Assembly (NCBI RefSeq): GCF_006345805.1
Contig: NC_043011.1
Span: forward strand, 29,586,464 to 29,650,463
DNA length: 64,000 nt
Source of the DNA: Octopus sinensis
Lineage: Eukaryota
Reading direction: 5' to 3'
This document shows, piece by piece, positions 1-13,369 of this stretch (the stretch's first letter is position 1; every line of letters begins with the position of its first letter). The translations under genes were made by a program, and so were the position numbers. Under the pieces are notes generated by a model. The model was not told the origin of the DNA, searched no databases, and saw only the letters and a list, made by a program, of their open reading frames with translations.

Positions 1-317
1 TTCCCAGACTGGGCATTGTGAGTGTTTATTGAGCGAAAACACCTAAAGCTCCACGAGGCTCAGGCAGGGGATGGTGGTGATCCCTGCTGTACTCTTTCAC
101 CACAACTTTCTCTCACTCTTACTTCCCGTTTCTGTTGTACCTGTATTTCAAAGGGCCGGCCTTGTCACTCTCTGTGTCACGCTGAATATCCCCGAGAACT
201 ATGTTAAGGGTACACGTGTCTGTGGAGTGCTCAGCCACTTACACGTTAATTTCATGAGCAAGCTGTTCCGTTGATTCGGATTAACCAGAACCCTCGTCGT
301 CATAACCGACGGAGTGC
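1..317 (+). mobile_element. tRNA-derived SINE, family D (cut by window start)
   Basis: Closely matches 19937-20314, which has the full head with A box TGGCCCAGTGG and a B-box-like TTTTGATTCC. Confidence 0.8.
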
Positions 318-333
318 TTCCATTCCATATGTA

Positions 334-428
334 TATGACAGGCTACTTTCAGTTTCCGTGTACCAAATCCACATGTAAAGATGAGATCAGCTCAAGGCTA
401 TAGAAGAAGACACTTGTCCAAGATGCCA
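334..428 (-). mobile_element. SINE family A fragment
   Basis: Matches the 'cttctttcagtttccgtctaccaaatccactcacaagg...gacacttgcccaagg' segment of other A copies. Confidence 0.65.
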
Positions 429-619
429 GAATTACTAAGTAGCAATTCAAAATGGAGATAGGGAACTGACGAAAGCTGGAATCACATGGTGGTGGAAGAA
501 ATATGACCTGAGACTTGGTGAACTTCTACCCTACTATTCTATTTTCACTACAATCACTTTCATTATTACTTAAATTCTCACCATCAAGGTTGATTTTGCT
601 TTTCATCCCTTCAAGGTCA

Positions 620-1091
620 AGATAAGGGTATATCAGGCACATGCATCACAACCATATGTGCATGATATAGTGATCTCATATCAAGATAAACAGCACATGA
701 TCTTGCAAGTGGGGCCCAGTTAGAATTTTCTTAAGGTCGAGTAGCCCATCCTGCTCAAAAGGTCCTTGAATAAAGGTGGTTTAAGGATATTGAATGAAAC
801 ATCCATGTTTTCAGAGGTGAATTATTCAAACTCCAAAGAATTCCTCTCAACACATGGCTATGATGCTCCCCAACTACTTCTGCTTGTGATCAGAGATGCA
901 CATACCATCAGCCACCAAGGGACATGCTCAATTGGTTAAGGTCAAACAACTGACAAGCAAATCTGTAGTATTGAACAGAATATTTACTGTAGCCCATCTT
1001 TTATACCAAGGTAAAACAATGTACATGATAGCACTTCCAATCAGTTAAGATTAAAAGCCATGAGAGCCACTGTCTGGTACTGCATCAGGGC

Positions 1092-1128
<37 letters not shown>

Positions 1129-1243
1129 GTTATTATTATTATTATTATTATTACCAAAGTAAAACAATGTACATGATAACACTTCCAATTAGTTAAGACC
1201 AAAAGCCATGAGAGCCACTACCTGGTACTGCATCAGGGCATTT
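620..1243 (-). mobile_element. Unclassified (AAT)n-associated element E, with tandem duplication of its terminal ~90 bp across a (TTA)n tract
   Basis: Similar to 14594-14950, 53287-53655 and 58216-58666; 1153-1243 repeats ~1003-1095; strand assigned by inference. Confidence 0.75.
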
Positions 1244-1856
1244 ATCATCATCGTCATCGTCATCATCATCATAATCATCATCATCATCGTCATCATCATT
1301 CAATAGGGAATCATTATTGCATAAACAAACAAGCAAGAAAACAATAAACCATGCAAACTTGTCAGTTACCATGAAATAATGTCGCCTTTCCGTCTCTCTG
1401 GCCCTTGTAAAAAAAAATCTCACTTTGTCATTGAGTATTCACATCACACTAAAACACAACTACATAATTGTTTTTGAATAAATTTAATAATATCTTATTG
1501 CAGTACAAATTTGGGTTGAGGATAAATCTAATAAAAGAAACACTTATTCATAAAATGTTATTTTATTTTTTTGCTTTTTATTTTCTTTCTATCATTGAAT
1601 GACCATAGGCAAATTCATATGAAAAATACTCTCACACTTAATAAATATAATACAGAACAATTGAAAGAGAAAAAAATAGAATGAGATAAACCATCAAATG
1701 TCCAAACTATTGCCGAGTGTATGAAAGTGCCTGAAAATATGCATACATCTGAATGTTTATATATATGTATATTTGTATGTCTACTTAAATAAAGGAGAAC
1801 CAGTCAGATTTAAATACATATATGTTTGCTTATGTTTATGCATGCATACTGTATAT

Positions 1857-1900
<44 letters not shown>

Positions 1901-2140
1901 CCCACAGTCAAAAATTGTGAAGCATGACTGTCACCACTACTACATGAACCTGAAGATTGTAGAATTTAATGCATGAAAGTACTAGTTCAATCAGAATGAA
2001 CATTTAACATTCTATTATTTTATTTTATTTTATTATATCATATTATCTTATATCATTATAAGATTGTAAATAAAACGTGAAAATCAGACAAGGTTGGAAT
2101 TCCTTTATTAATATATTCTTCTATACACAATCACACCCAC

Positions 2141-2178
<38 letters not shown>

Positions 2179-2234
2179 GTGTGTGTGATTGTGTATATAT
2201 ATATTGTGTATATATATATATATATATGAGTGAA

Positions 2235-2568
2235 GGCGCGTGGCTCAGTGGTTAGAGCGTCGAGCTTACGATCGTGAGGTTGTGAGCTCGAATCCCGGAC
2301 CAGGCTGCGTGTTGTGTTCTTGAGCAAGACACTTTATTTTACGTTGCTCCAGTTCACTCAGCTGTAGAAATGAGTTGTGACGTCACAGGTGCCAAGCTGT
2401 ATCGGCCCTTGCCTTTCCCTTGGACAACATCGGTGACGTGGAGAGGGGAGGCCGGTATGCATGGGTGACTGCTGGTCTTCCATAAAAAAACAACCTTGCC
2501 CAGACTTGTGCCTCAGAGGGTAACTCTCTAGGTGCAAACCCATGGTCAGTGTCTGACCGAAGGGGGTC
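2235..2568 (+). mobile_element. tRNA-derived SINE, family C (near full length)
   Basis: A box TGGCTCAGTGG at 2241, B-box-like GCTCGAATCC at 2286; second copy at 51533-51851. Confidence 0.8.
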
Positions 2569-3129
2569 ATCATCATCATATATATGTATATATATAAATA
2601 AATTTTAAATGATTGATATGGAAGAAAATGGAGTGTAATTAGTAATTTTGACTTCGTTCTGCACTGCCCCATGTGTAGATGTAGGATGATGTAATGACAT
2701 CAGATGCAATCCACAGTGTAGTGAGCCTCATCAGCTGATGTGACATGCTTTAAAAGTTATCAGATTTACATTTCATTTTCGCTCCAAGTTATATGCTGGT
2801 GGTGAGTTGTTAGCAATTCATTACATCGTCCCACATTCACTAGGGAGCATTGCAGAACAAAGCCGAAATGATTGTTGTGCTAATAAAGCTTCTAGCTACA
2901 CTCCGTCTTCTGTATCAATAATTTAAAATATACCCAATGCACACCTTGGAATTCCAGACATAGATTCAGCAATTAATGAGCAGTAACGCCAATGACACCT
3001 GGCAGTCATAAGTGGTGAACGTACTCTGCAGACACACTACCAGGGACTTATCCAAAACAAGATTTGGATACTGCATTTAATGCTGCCTTTCTAAATCTTA
3101 GATTTTTCATTTTAAATTTAGCTTATATA

Positions 3130-3167
<38 letters not shown>

Positions 3168-3182
3168 ACATATATACATATA

Positions 3183-4020
3183 CAGGGTGTAATGGATAAA
3201 TTGTTGCCATTTTATATTTTTAATTTTACCCATGCACATTGTTTGTTTTTGATCTTGTCAACTACATAGTATAGTAGGGTCACTTGGGCACCATCTGTGA
3301 GAAAAACAGCACTATGGTGCAATTCACTCAACCAGCAATTTAGAAATGACATGCACTGCTTGGCATTCGTGTCAGAAGCTCCAATACGAACAGATGGTGA
3401 ACACAAAGAACAATTGTTGGAAGGCTCATGTCCCCAAAACATGTACTGGGAGTGATAAAAATCAAACATCCAGTCAACACCATGGTGTTTGGAGTGATCA
3501 TTAGTGATGATGAAATTATGCACATCTTCCTACAGGGCCTCATACTCAACATGGAGGCCTACATCAAGTGTCTGGAGGAGGTACTGCTGCCCTGGGTCAA
3601 GAGGATAGCTGTTAGAAGACCCTGTGTCTGGCAGCAGCATTCTGCACCATGCCACACAAGCAGGAGAATCCAGTCATGGCTGTCAGACAATTTTTGTGAC
3701 AACATTACCCCTAACTCACTAGACTGGAACCCTCTTGATTATTATGTGTGGGGTGTAGTTGAGTGTGAGACCAACAAAACTCCTTGTAACACCAAAGATG
3801 AACTGAAGGCAAGGATTATGGCAGCATTCACCAACTTAAACAAGGAGACCATCCAGAAGAGTTGCTGGCAGCCGAGGTTGAAACCAAAGGCGATTTTATT
3901 GAGTAAATTTGTTCTGAAAATATTTTAATGTAATTTTGGTAAATATATCTGTTAAAATGAGATGTCACTGTTATCTTCATTTTGTCACATTTTAGATGAC
4001 AGTTTATACACCACACCGTG
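3183..4020 (+). mobile_element. Internally deleted Tc1/mariner element, DD37D (maT)-type
   Basis: TA on both flanks; degenerate TIRs (CAGGGTGTAATGGATAAA vs CACGGTGTGGTGTATAAA); transposase remnant inside. Confidence 0.85.
3428..3928 (+). pseudogene. Transposase catalytic-domain remnant
   Basis: MVFGVI...WQQHSAPCHTS...NSLDWNPLDYYVWG; second catalytic Asp reads His and the WPP motif is deleted. Confidence 0.85.
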
Positions 4021-4713
4021 TATATAACATCATCATCATCATCATCATCATCATCGTTTAACGTCCGTTTTCCATGCTAGCATGGGTTGGACCATATAAT
4101 ATATATACATAATATATATTACATATAATTATATATATATTATATATTGTAATATATTTACATACGCACACAGAGACACACACATAAATCTTAGTGATTT
4201 ATATCATAGCTAATTTCTGTATAAGTATGCATGTGTGTGTGTGTGATAAAATTTATACGTATATACCAAATACTCTTCAGACTGATATTACCTTGTAGAC
4301 ATTTATCACGTTTCATTTTTTTAATTAAAAAAATAAAAAGTAAAGGAAACACCTCTTTTGTTTTTCCCTCTTAGCAAAGGGCTTCTTGCTAAAATGGTGA
4401 GTACAATCACCCAGTTTTTTTCCAATTATCAGCCACATATATTTATTCTTTAATTTTTCTTTGTTTCTTGTCATTCATAATTTTTCTTAAGATATATTTT
4501 GGAGAAATGCAGTATAAATGTTTCGGTGGATTTAGAAAAAAATTGTATGCATTAAAAAAGTGACATAAATATAAAAAGATTTCAGTTATAGACCAAACAA
4601 CTCATTTCATTCTTTATATTCTTTGCGGAAAAATAAGGAAAATATACCAGACATTTGTGTGAAGCAAATTTATAAAGATTTCCTGTGTATTCAGGAAACA
4701 ACAATGCATGTAT

Positions 4714-4730
4714 ACATACATATTATATAT

Positions 4731-4784
<54 letters not shown>

Positions 4785-4807
4785 TAGACAGACAGAGAGA
4801 GAAACAT

Positions 4808-4863
<56 letters not shown>

Positions 4864-5082
4864 CATATACACACACACATGCATATATATATATACATAC
4901 ATTCATATACACACACATGCACAATATATATCTGTAGATGTGTAAACATAGGTGTGTGTATATGTGTATAAATATATATATGTATGTATGTATATATATA
5001 TTCATATATATATGTATATATGTATATATATGTATGTGCATATATATATATAAATATTAATATATTTGGTATGTGTGTGTGT

Positions 5083-5116
<34 letters not shown>

Positions 5117-5185
5117 ATAGATAGATAGATATACACATGCATACACACCTATATATGTATATATATGTATATATATATATATGTT
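4714..5185. repeat. Compound (TA)n/(GA)n/(CA)n microsatellite block
   Basis: Read directly; source of the YI-repeat ORFs. Confidence 0.95.
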
Positions 5186-6304
5186 CGTTATTTAATGAAT
5201 TTTGTAGAAATAACTTGTCACAATAGTTGTGATGTTAGTTTTGCATTATAACTTAGTGTCAGAAAAGAATAAGTGCGATTTCGTTTAACCATTATGAAAA
5301 TATTTATCATGAAAGAATGTCACCTATATTATCTTTGTAGATAGAGTGAACTGACAAAGAAATATTAAACGAGATAATGTTTTGTGTCGCGTACAGAGAT
5401 TTAGTCTTGTCTTATATAAAGAGACATCAGATTTTAAGAGGTAGGTCTTATTTGATCAATGTAAGAAAAGAGATAAAATATATAAATTTCGTATTCCTTT
5501 CATGCATATTCTTGTAGTATCCCAGAGAAGTTTTCAGTGACTATATTTTATCTTTAAGCAAAGATTAGACAACATTGGAAAATAAATAAATTTGATAGAT
5601 ATAAATACTGTTCAGGTGTCAATTTTAAAATACAATAAAAAGAAGAAGAAACTATAGGATTATGAGATTTAAGAATAAGATCAGTATTTGATTATAAAGT
5701 AGGTGCAAATTTGTGCTGAGATAGGTGTATTGTTGATTATATTGATGCCGATATTTCCCAGGTACATAATTCTACCAATTTCAAAATAAACTTGTCTTCA
5801 ATAAGATTTGAACTCAGAACATTAGGATTATTAACTAAGTACCACATGATGTTCTATTTTCTGCTCTACTAATCCTGCTAGTTCATCACCTCTAGCAAAA
5901 AAAAAAAAAAAAAAACGAAAAAGCAAAAAAGAAAAACCAAAACACTGAATGTTGCTATTAAAGCTAATACATTCTGATTCCAAAGATCTAACTTAATGAT
6001 CTAACTTAAAACTTTCCATCAAAATTTTATGATAATTTAAGTTATAAACACCGATTTAATAATGACAAAATTATTTTACTAAATTTTGAACTATTTTCAA
6101 AATTATTGAAAGACACAATAGTTTAACAGAGGCAATAGTTTACAAAGGCAGTGAGACAAACAAGTGAGACAAACACCATCAGCTACATTCCAGCCCTGGA
6201 AAGGACATTGCTCTACCACAAATAGTTTTTCTTAATGGAAGTACTCAACACTGAAAGCCAGTGAAACACTTACTCTTCAATTTTACATTGCTACTGCTTA
6301 CAGT

Positions 6305-6590
6305 GTGGTTAGCGCAGCAGACTTGTGATCAAGGGATCATGGGTTCAAATCTCAGACTGGGTGATATGTGTGTTTATGAGTGAAACACCTAAGCTCCATG
6401 CCGCTCTGGCAGAAGGTAATGGTGAACCTCTGCTGACACTTTTGCCACAACTTTCTCTTGCTCTTTCTTCCTGCATCTAGCAGCTCACCAGTGACAGACC
6501 CATGTCCTGTCCAGATGGGGAGCCTATACACCAATGAAACCAGGAAACCGGCCCGTATAAGCTAGGCATAGCTTGAAAAGAACGAACAAC
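6305..6590 (+). mobile_element. tRNA-headed SINE with family D 5' half and a different 3' half
   Basis: GTGGTTAG...GGTTCAAATC head; 'gagtgaaacacctaagctcca' as in D; diverges after ~6470. Confidence 0.55.
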
Positions 6591-7705
6591 AACAACAACT
6601 GCTTACAGTAGTAAATTACAGAGCTTAGAGAATGTTATTTAGAGTTACACCTTAGTCATGATTATTTTGTGAGAGAGTCTCTGGGACTATATCCCTTATT
6701 GTGTCCTACTTCTTGTTTCAGATGTAAAAATATGGTATTTGAAGGGAATTTAGCTGCTATTTTTAAAATAATAAAATTACACTATTGAGAACCCTTCATT
6801 GACTCAAAAGTCTGCTGATTCAAAAGTTATCTGAGGTTAAACAATATCAACAACACTTAAAACTACATTGACTCTTTATCAATGAACTCTGCTTTGGATA
6901 TGGATATGATTCAACACTTGTGGTGAAATAAACTAATAAACACTGGTAACCCCCTTTGGTTAGTTGTTGGGTATATATTAACATTAGTCCCCCACAGCCC
7001 CACAAACTTATTGGGTTAAATATAACCAATAACACTCTCCCTCGATGTAAAGGCATTTAATAAATTTTGAACAAACCTGGTAGCAATTTTGTTTCTGTGT
7101 TTAACTTTGGAAATTGGAAAGTTATCGAATAATCAGCGAAAATAATGTATAATAGAATATTGGAAAAAAGATTTAAGTGGCGTCTTGAGAAAACAACGTG
7201 AGATTTTAAATATTGATGAGGAAAAGATTTTTATGAGAAAATTTCTTATTGACAGATGTTTAATCACTATTTTTGACAAATTTATTCCGGATACCTGAAG
7301 TGTAGAATTTTGCATTCAGTATTAATTTTATGAATTCAATTTGAAGATGATTACATACCGGATCTCAGTTGAGAAGTTATTACATATTCACAATAAAACT
7401 TTCTAAAAGATGTCAGAACAGTCGCACAGTAATGTCTTTCTGGTAGCATTGTATTTACTTTTTTGTTTCATAAATGCAGCCGTGTTCTGTGTGAAAATTA
7501 CTCAGGGTAGCCAGTAGTCATTAACAGACTTAGTTATCAATAAAAGGCCTTAATCACAATGTATAAATACTTAAAGCAGAAAATCAATTAAAGTTATATA
7601 TCTACATACACCCATACCTATGTGTGCGTTTGTGTGTGTGTATATATATATCACATATATGTATGCATGTTTCTATATATATATGTATGTGTTGGTTTAT
7701 ATATG

Positions 7706-8544
7706 TACTAGCAGTATTGCCCGGCTCATGCACTTATGCATTCTATGCATGCGTGAATTAAGCTAAACTTGGATGAAGTTCAATCAAAATTCAATTATTT
7801 TGGTTTTAAAATCAAGCATTTAATGCCCTCTATTTTTGCACTTATGTGTTCCATTTCCTCAATAGGAAGTACGTAGAAGCATTTCATAAATTTTTGTCGA
7901 TCAAATAATTGCATTGTTGAATTATTCTTTTAGATCAGTATTTCTCAACGGGGATTTCAGGGGAGGGTTTTAGGGAATCGCTGGCGATGTATCGTGATGA
8001 TCAAAAATCCGGCCTGCTAAAATTTGGTTAAAGTGATTCAAACTGCAGACTCAACACAAAATGGTCACATTTAATTCAAAGAGTTAAAAATGTTATGAAA
8101 ACAATTGGTATGTGTTCACAAAGTCCAAACGATTAATACGAAAAAACCCTCCAGGCTACATCCCGAAAATTTATTTCTTTGCCGAATTTCTACAATGTTT
8201 ACGGCGATTCGTTTTTATATCTTGATTTTTTATTTTTCATGCAATTTACGCATGCTTGCATGCGTGGTGAACACAGTTCACATCAAACAGCTGACTGAGT
8301 AAAGCTCACTATTCAATGCATGGGATAAGGCCAAAACAAACACATTATCGATTTTTGCACTTGCGAGATGAATTTCGGAACAGAAATAGCGCAGTTCAAT
8401 TTTCATTTGCCTAAACTTTAAGTGACCCATTTTTGGTGGTTCTACGATTTGTTGGCTAGAAGGAGATGTGCCGGGAAGTTAAACACACAGACACACACAC
8501 AGATACACACACAGACACACAAGTTGAGTTTTATATATATAGAT
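7706..8544 (+). mobile_element. Possible non-autonomous Helitron-like (Lep1/HINE-style) element
   Basis: Starts TACTAGCAGTATTGCCCGGC; ends with an ACAC/AGAC tract then GAGTTTTATATATATAGAT; class assigned by resemblance only. Confidence 0.4.
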
Positions 8545-8590
8545 ATATCACATATATGTAAGCATGTGTCTATACATATATATGTATATC

Positions 8591-8591
<1 letters not shown>

Positions 8592-8634
<43 letters not shown>

Positions 8635-9085
8635 AGCAAAACGCCCCTCATCCAATGGACGGTGCTGAGTTGTCAAACATTTAAACCAAATTTTCTCAAA
8701 ACAACTTGTCCGGCCGTCCAATAGGCCTCCCCTTTGAGAAACACTGATTTAACCTAAATTTGAGACACCAGCAAAAGAGCAAGATAGACTTTTTTCTATT
8801 CCAAAGAAAAACGATTTTATTCATACAAATATGCAACCAAAGAGTTTAAAGTACCAGTAAGTACATCACAACAGCTGATATACTTGTGCGTACAACTGCC
8901 CGTTCCCATGGCTTTGTCGATCGCATTCTCACCTGGAATCGATTTTTGTAATTTTTTCAAGACTTATACACGCCCTGATACTGTCGGTATCTACATATCA
9001 AATTTGAGCGCAATCAGATGGAGGATGCCCGAGATCCTAGAAGACACACACACACACACACAGACAGAATGGATTTTATATAATA
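8592..9085 (+). mobile_element. Second possible Helitron-like non-autonomous element
   Basis: AAATTTGAGCGCAATCAGATG, then ACACACAGACAGA and TTTTATATA end, the same terminal style as its neighbour. Confidence 0.3.
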
Positions 9086-9200
9086 TATACATATATACAC
9101 ACATACACACACACAGGGGAAGATTTTAAAATCGAGTATGCATGTATTTAATAATCATCATTTAATATCCATGTTCCATGCTAGAGCATGGATATCATGT

Positions 9201-9251
<51 letters not shown>

Positions 9252-10354
9252 AAATGGCTTCTTTCTTGTTTCATTTGAGTTTTCAAATTTCCATTGCACC
9301 ACAATAGAACACATTGATTAAAAACCTTCCTGTAGAATCAAATGTAATTAAAGCTTAGCTGAGGGACTGGCAGTGTCATTAATGTGTTGAACAATCCTGT
9401 GATATTTTTTCATAATCCTCTTTGTTCTGAGTTCAGATCACACCGAGATCAGTTTTTGTCTTTTATTCTTCCAGGTTGTATATAACATAAAATTGGGTGT
9501 ACCATGTTGAGTTCTGGGGTGGATTTAATTTTCTATACACTATCTCACCACAAAGAAGATTAATAATAATAAGAAGAACAGTAGTTTTATATTTTGGCAC
9601 AAAGTCAGTAAATTTTAGTCGTGGGGAAGAAAGTGAATTAATTCTATTGGCTTTATTTTAGTGAATTCTGAAATAAAGAAAGGCAAAACCGACTTTGGTG
9701 GGATTTGACATCAGAACAGAAAGAACTAGAAATAATGCCACTAAACATTTTCTTTGCCACACAAATCATTCTACCAGCTCACCATCTAATGATGGTAATA
9801 ATTCTTCCAAATTTTGGCACAAACCCTGAATTTTGTGAGGAAGGAAACTTATTGATTACATTGACCAAAGTACTCAACAAAGTACTTTTTGTTGACCTCC
9901 AAAAGGATGAAAGGCAAAGTCAACCTCAAATAGTAATAAAATCATTTTTTTATACCTATGTTAGAAATCGGTTTTATGTATTTAAAGCAATCCTCAAGAG
10001 TAAACCAACCAGATCATACAAGACAATAGCAATAAGAATAATTAATATGAAAAACGGAAGGAATACAAATGATTTTTGGTCACCAAAAAATAGAACCATA
10101 TTTAAAAATGAATTATTGATGAAATCTATTAAATTTGATATCAGAGTATCAGTAATTTTAACCACTTAAAATGGATATCAGTATACTGATGATTCAGTTT
10201 CTCAAAGAGTATATAAACTTGTTGAATGGAAGCTTCATCTGAGTGCCGTCTTTCAATGAATCTATGCACAAAGTTTGTCAACTCAGACTGGAAAGCAGCG
10301 AATAGAAAATGGCTTTTATTGTGCTCAGAAACAGTTCTGATTTATTCAGAGCAG

Positions 10355-10498
10355 CAGGAGCAGCAGCAGCAGTAGTAGTAGTAGTAGCAGCAGCAGTAGT
10401 GGTAGTAGTGGAAGTAGTAGTAGTAGCAGCAGCAGCAGTAGGAATAGTGGAAGTAGTAGTAGTAGTAGTAGCAGCAGCAGCAGCTGTAGTGGTTGTAG

Positions 10499-10576
<78 letters not shown>

Positions 10577-10633
10577 CAGCAGCAGCAGTAGTAGTAGTAA
10601 TAGTGGAGGTAGTAGTAGTTGTAGTAGTGGAAG

Positions 10634-10665
<32 letters not shown>

Positions 10666-10680
10666 GTAGTAGTAGTAGTA
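10355..10680. repeat. Compound (AGT)n/(AGC)n/(AAG)n trinucleotide repeat
   Basis: Read directly; gives the poly-V/T/L ORFs. Confidence 0.95.
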
Positions 10681-10879
10681 TCAATCAACCTACAGCAATC
10701 TAGTGGTAGTGTCTCTTTGAAATTTAAAATATAGTAATATATTCAGGCATTGCCTTAAATGTTATGAAATATCTATTCTAAATAGCAAGCAAAGAAATTA
10801 TTTAAGAAAATTCTGTTTCGTCACGTAAAACCCCTTTGTATTATTGCATTGTTTTGTTTTGTACTTTTATCTTTTTTTT

Positions 10880-11410
10880 TTTATCAAATAAACATTTTCA
10901 AAAATCCTCCATTGAGAAGTTTTTAAATAATGGTGTAACAAATTTTATTGTGTTAGCTGAAACACCCAGAAGAATTTGAAAAATATTTGCTTTCTTTTTT
11001 TTTTGAGAATATATGTTCATAAATCTCTGAATTGTATTTCTTATGTAAAATTGTATGAAAAAGAGTCTACTGTTATTTTCTTTCTATGAAGCAAATTTTG
11101 GTTCTGAGCATTAATTAAAATGTCTTTATAGATGTAAAAAGAATAAAGATAATATTTCTTGTTTAATTGGTAATTAATAAACAATGATGTGAATGATTTA
11201 CAGTCAGTGTTTGAAAGGTCGTTGGCTACAGATGAGAGCCAGTTCTTTCAAGACAAGATATGCAAATAATTTGAAAACATTTATCAAAAAATATGGAAGA
11301 AGACAATCAGTTACACTTGGATATATTGTTCAAAAAATATTACAAAGGAGCATGAAATTTTATGTTAATTTAATAAAAATAGTTGAACAAAAAATCAGAC
11401 TAAAGTGAGA
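10880..11410 (+). pseudogene. Possible heavily decayed PLE linker/GIY-YIG remnant
   Basis: Across frameshifts: KHF-KNPPLRS-FNN-V-KFYC, then IY...ASSFKTRYANNLKTF...TLGYI; resembles the linker and FKxRYxNH motifs of C-terminal GIY-YIG PLEs. Confidence 0.35.
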
Positions 11411-11710
11411 TAAAAATTGAATTCCTCCAAATTGAAGGTTTTGTTGTTGTTGTTTTTGCTGGTTATTTTATTTCATTTTTTGCCAACTTAATAAAAAACA
11501 ACATACAAAACAACCATCTCAGATGATTGATTATTAACAAAGAACTGAACTAAATTGTTCTTGAATATGAAAAAGTCAAACTGTCCATCCACATAATCTA
11601 AGACAGGCCGAGTTCAGGAACTGTTGAAATTGTCCTTTAAGAAGCAGCTACCAAAGAAAAAAAAACAAAACAAAAGTAGAAAAATTATTTATAATACAGT
11701 ATAAGAACAT

Positions 11711-11818
11711 GTATGTATGTATGTATGTATGTTTGTATGTATGTATGTATGTATGTATGTATGTATGTATGTATGTATGTATGTATGTATGTATGCATGC
11801 ATGCATGTATGTATGTAT
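11711..11818. repeat. (TATG)n microsatellite
   Basis: Read directly. Confidence 0.95.
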
Positions 11819-12339
11819 GCAATAGGAAGAGGATCATTTTGTCTCTTTTAAATTCACCAAAACAATCATTAAACAGTGAGGGAGCCTTTACATGATCAGT
11901 GAGCCAGCTAGAAACAGTAGCCAAATATCCTACAATCATACCCTGTTGTCTTAAAATAGGACACATTGGATTATTTGGTACCGGATTTTCTATATATATA
12001 TATGTAAAAGATAGTTACAGCTAGAATTTCTTAGATCATAGATCAGCTTAACCAATAGTGACTCAGAATCAAACAACAACAATTACAACTCATCTCTTGC
12101 ACCATCATATCCTTTGATATGAATAATACACACATTACCACAGTCATCACCTAAATCTCAGGTTTTGAGCATTGGCGATGTGTATTACTTGTCTGTTGTA
12201 AGAGACAAGTAAAAGGGTTGGTGCCATGAAGGGTAACTGACCATAAAACACTGCCTCAAACAGACCCATCAAACCCAAACATCAAACTGACAATGACAAT
12301 GACAACAATTATAATAATGATGATGACGGTAATGAATTT

Positions 12340-12585
12340 ATTAATATTGGTTTCAAATTTCAGCACAAGGCCAGCTATGTTGGCACCAGTTCTCAACTGG
12401 GACTTCTTTCATCAATTTCAAAAGGACAAGAGGCAAAGTCGACCCTGGCAGCATCTGAACCCAGATCATAATGATGGAGAAAATGTCACTAAAGATTTTG
12501 TCGCAAAAGGATGAAAGGCAAAGTTGACCCTGGCGGCATTTGAACCTAGAATGTAAAGACAGACAAATTGCTGCTAAGGACTTAT
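12340..12585 (-). mobile_element. SINE family B fragments
   Basis: Two 'aaaggatgaaaggcaaagtcgacc...atttgaac' segments. Confidence 0.6.
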
Positions 12586-12717
12586 ACCATAGATTTCCTA
12601 TGTTTTCTGATATTCCAGAAGTTTCCAATAACAAAATGTATCTATAGGCACAGGGCAACAATGCACTATAATATAGACAATGGGCTATATACCTGTTGTA
12701 ATTTAGTCATCCACCAT

Positions 12718-12914
12718 AGTCTGATATGATATTCGGAATAATATTCCTTCTTCAGATATTCTTAGATGGAGTCGCTGCTATAATCGGTTTTCTAATGCCT
12801 TTTCTTTCTTATATTGTGGAAGTGTCTCAGCAGTGGTCTCACGATGCACCTTCCAGCGACTCCATCTAAGAATATCTGAAGAAGGAATATTATTCAAAAA
12901 TATCATACCAGACT
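12718..12914. repeat. Fold-back inverted repeat with a decayed hammerhead in each arm
   Basis: 12736-12777 is the exact reverse complement of 12854-12895 (42 bp; 76-nt spacer), extending imperfectly to ~60 bp; each arm has CTGAAGA-A-GGAAT/ATTCC. Confidence 0.85.
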
Positions 12915-13346
12915 CTTTTACTCTTTTACTTTTTTACTCTTTTACTCTTTTACTTGTTTCAGTCATTTGACTGTGGCCATGCTGGAGCACCGCCTTTAAT
13001 TGAGCAACTCGACCCCGGGACTTATTCTTTGTAAGCCCAGTACTTATTCTATCGGTCTCTTTTTGCCGAACCGCTAAGTGACAGGGACATAAACACACCA
13101 GCATCGGTTGTCAAGCAATGCTAGGGGGACAAACACAGACACACAAACACACACATACATATATATATATACATACATATATACGACAGACTTCTTTCAG
13201 TTTCCGTCTACCAAATCCACTCACAAGGCTTTGATCAGCCCGAGGCTATAGTAGAAGACACTTGCCCAAGGTGCCACGCAGTGGGACTGAACCCGGAACC
13301 ATGTGGTTGGTAAACAAGCTACTTACCACACAGCCACTCCTGTGCC
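12915..13346 (-). mobile_element. tRNA-derived SINE family A, full length
   Basis: A box TGGCTGTGTGG, B-box-like GGTTCAGTCC, internal (TA)/(TG) tract, (GAGTAAAA)n tail. Confidence 0.9.
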
Positions 13347-13369
13347 TATGGATGACTAAATTACAACAG

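Noticed and set aside
2235-2310. tRNA-like sequences (also 20853-20929 and the A, B and D heads)
   Set aside because: They are SINE heads without a full acceptor stem and continue into repeat bodies, so they are not tRNA genes
7150-7300. ~50-codon open stretch YWKKDLSGVLRKQRE...
   Set aside because: No start, splice support or motif; length expected by chance
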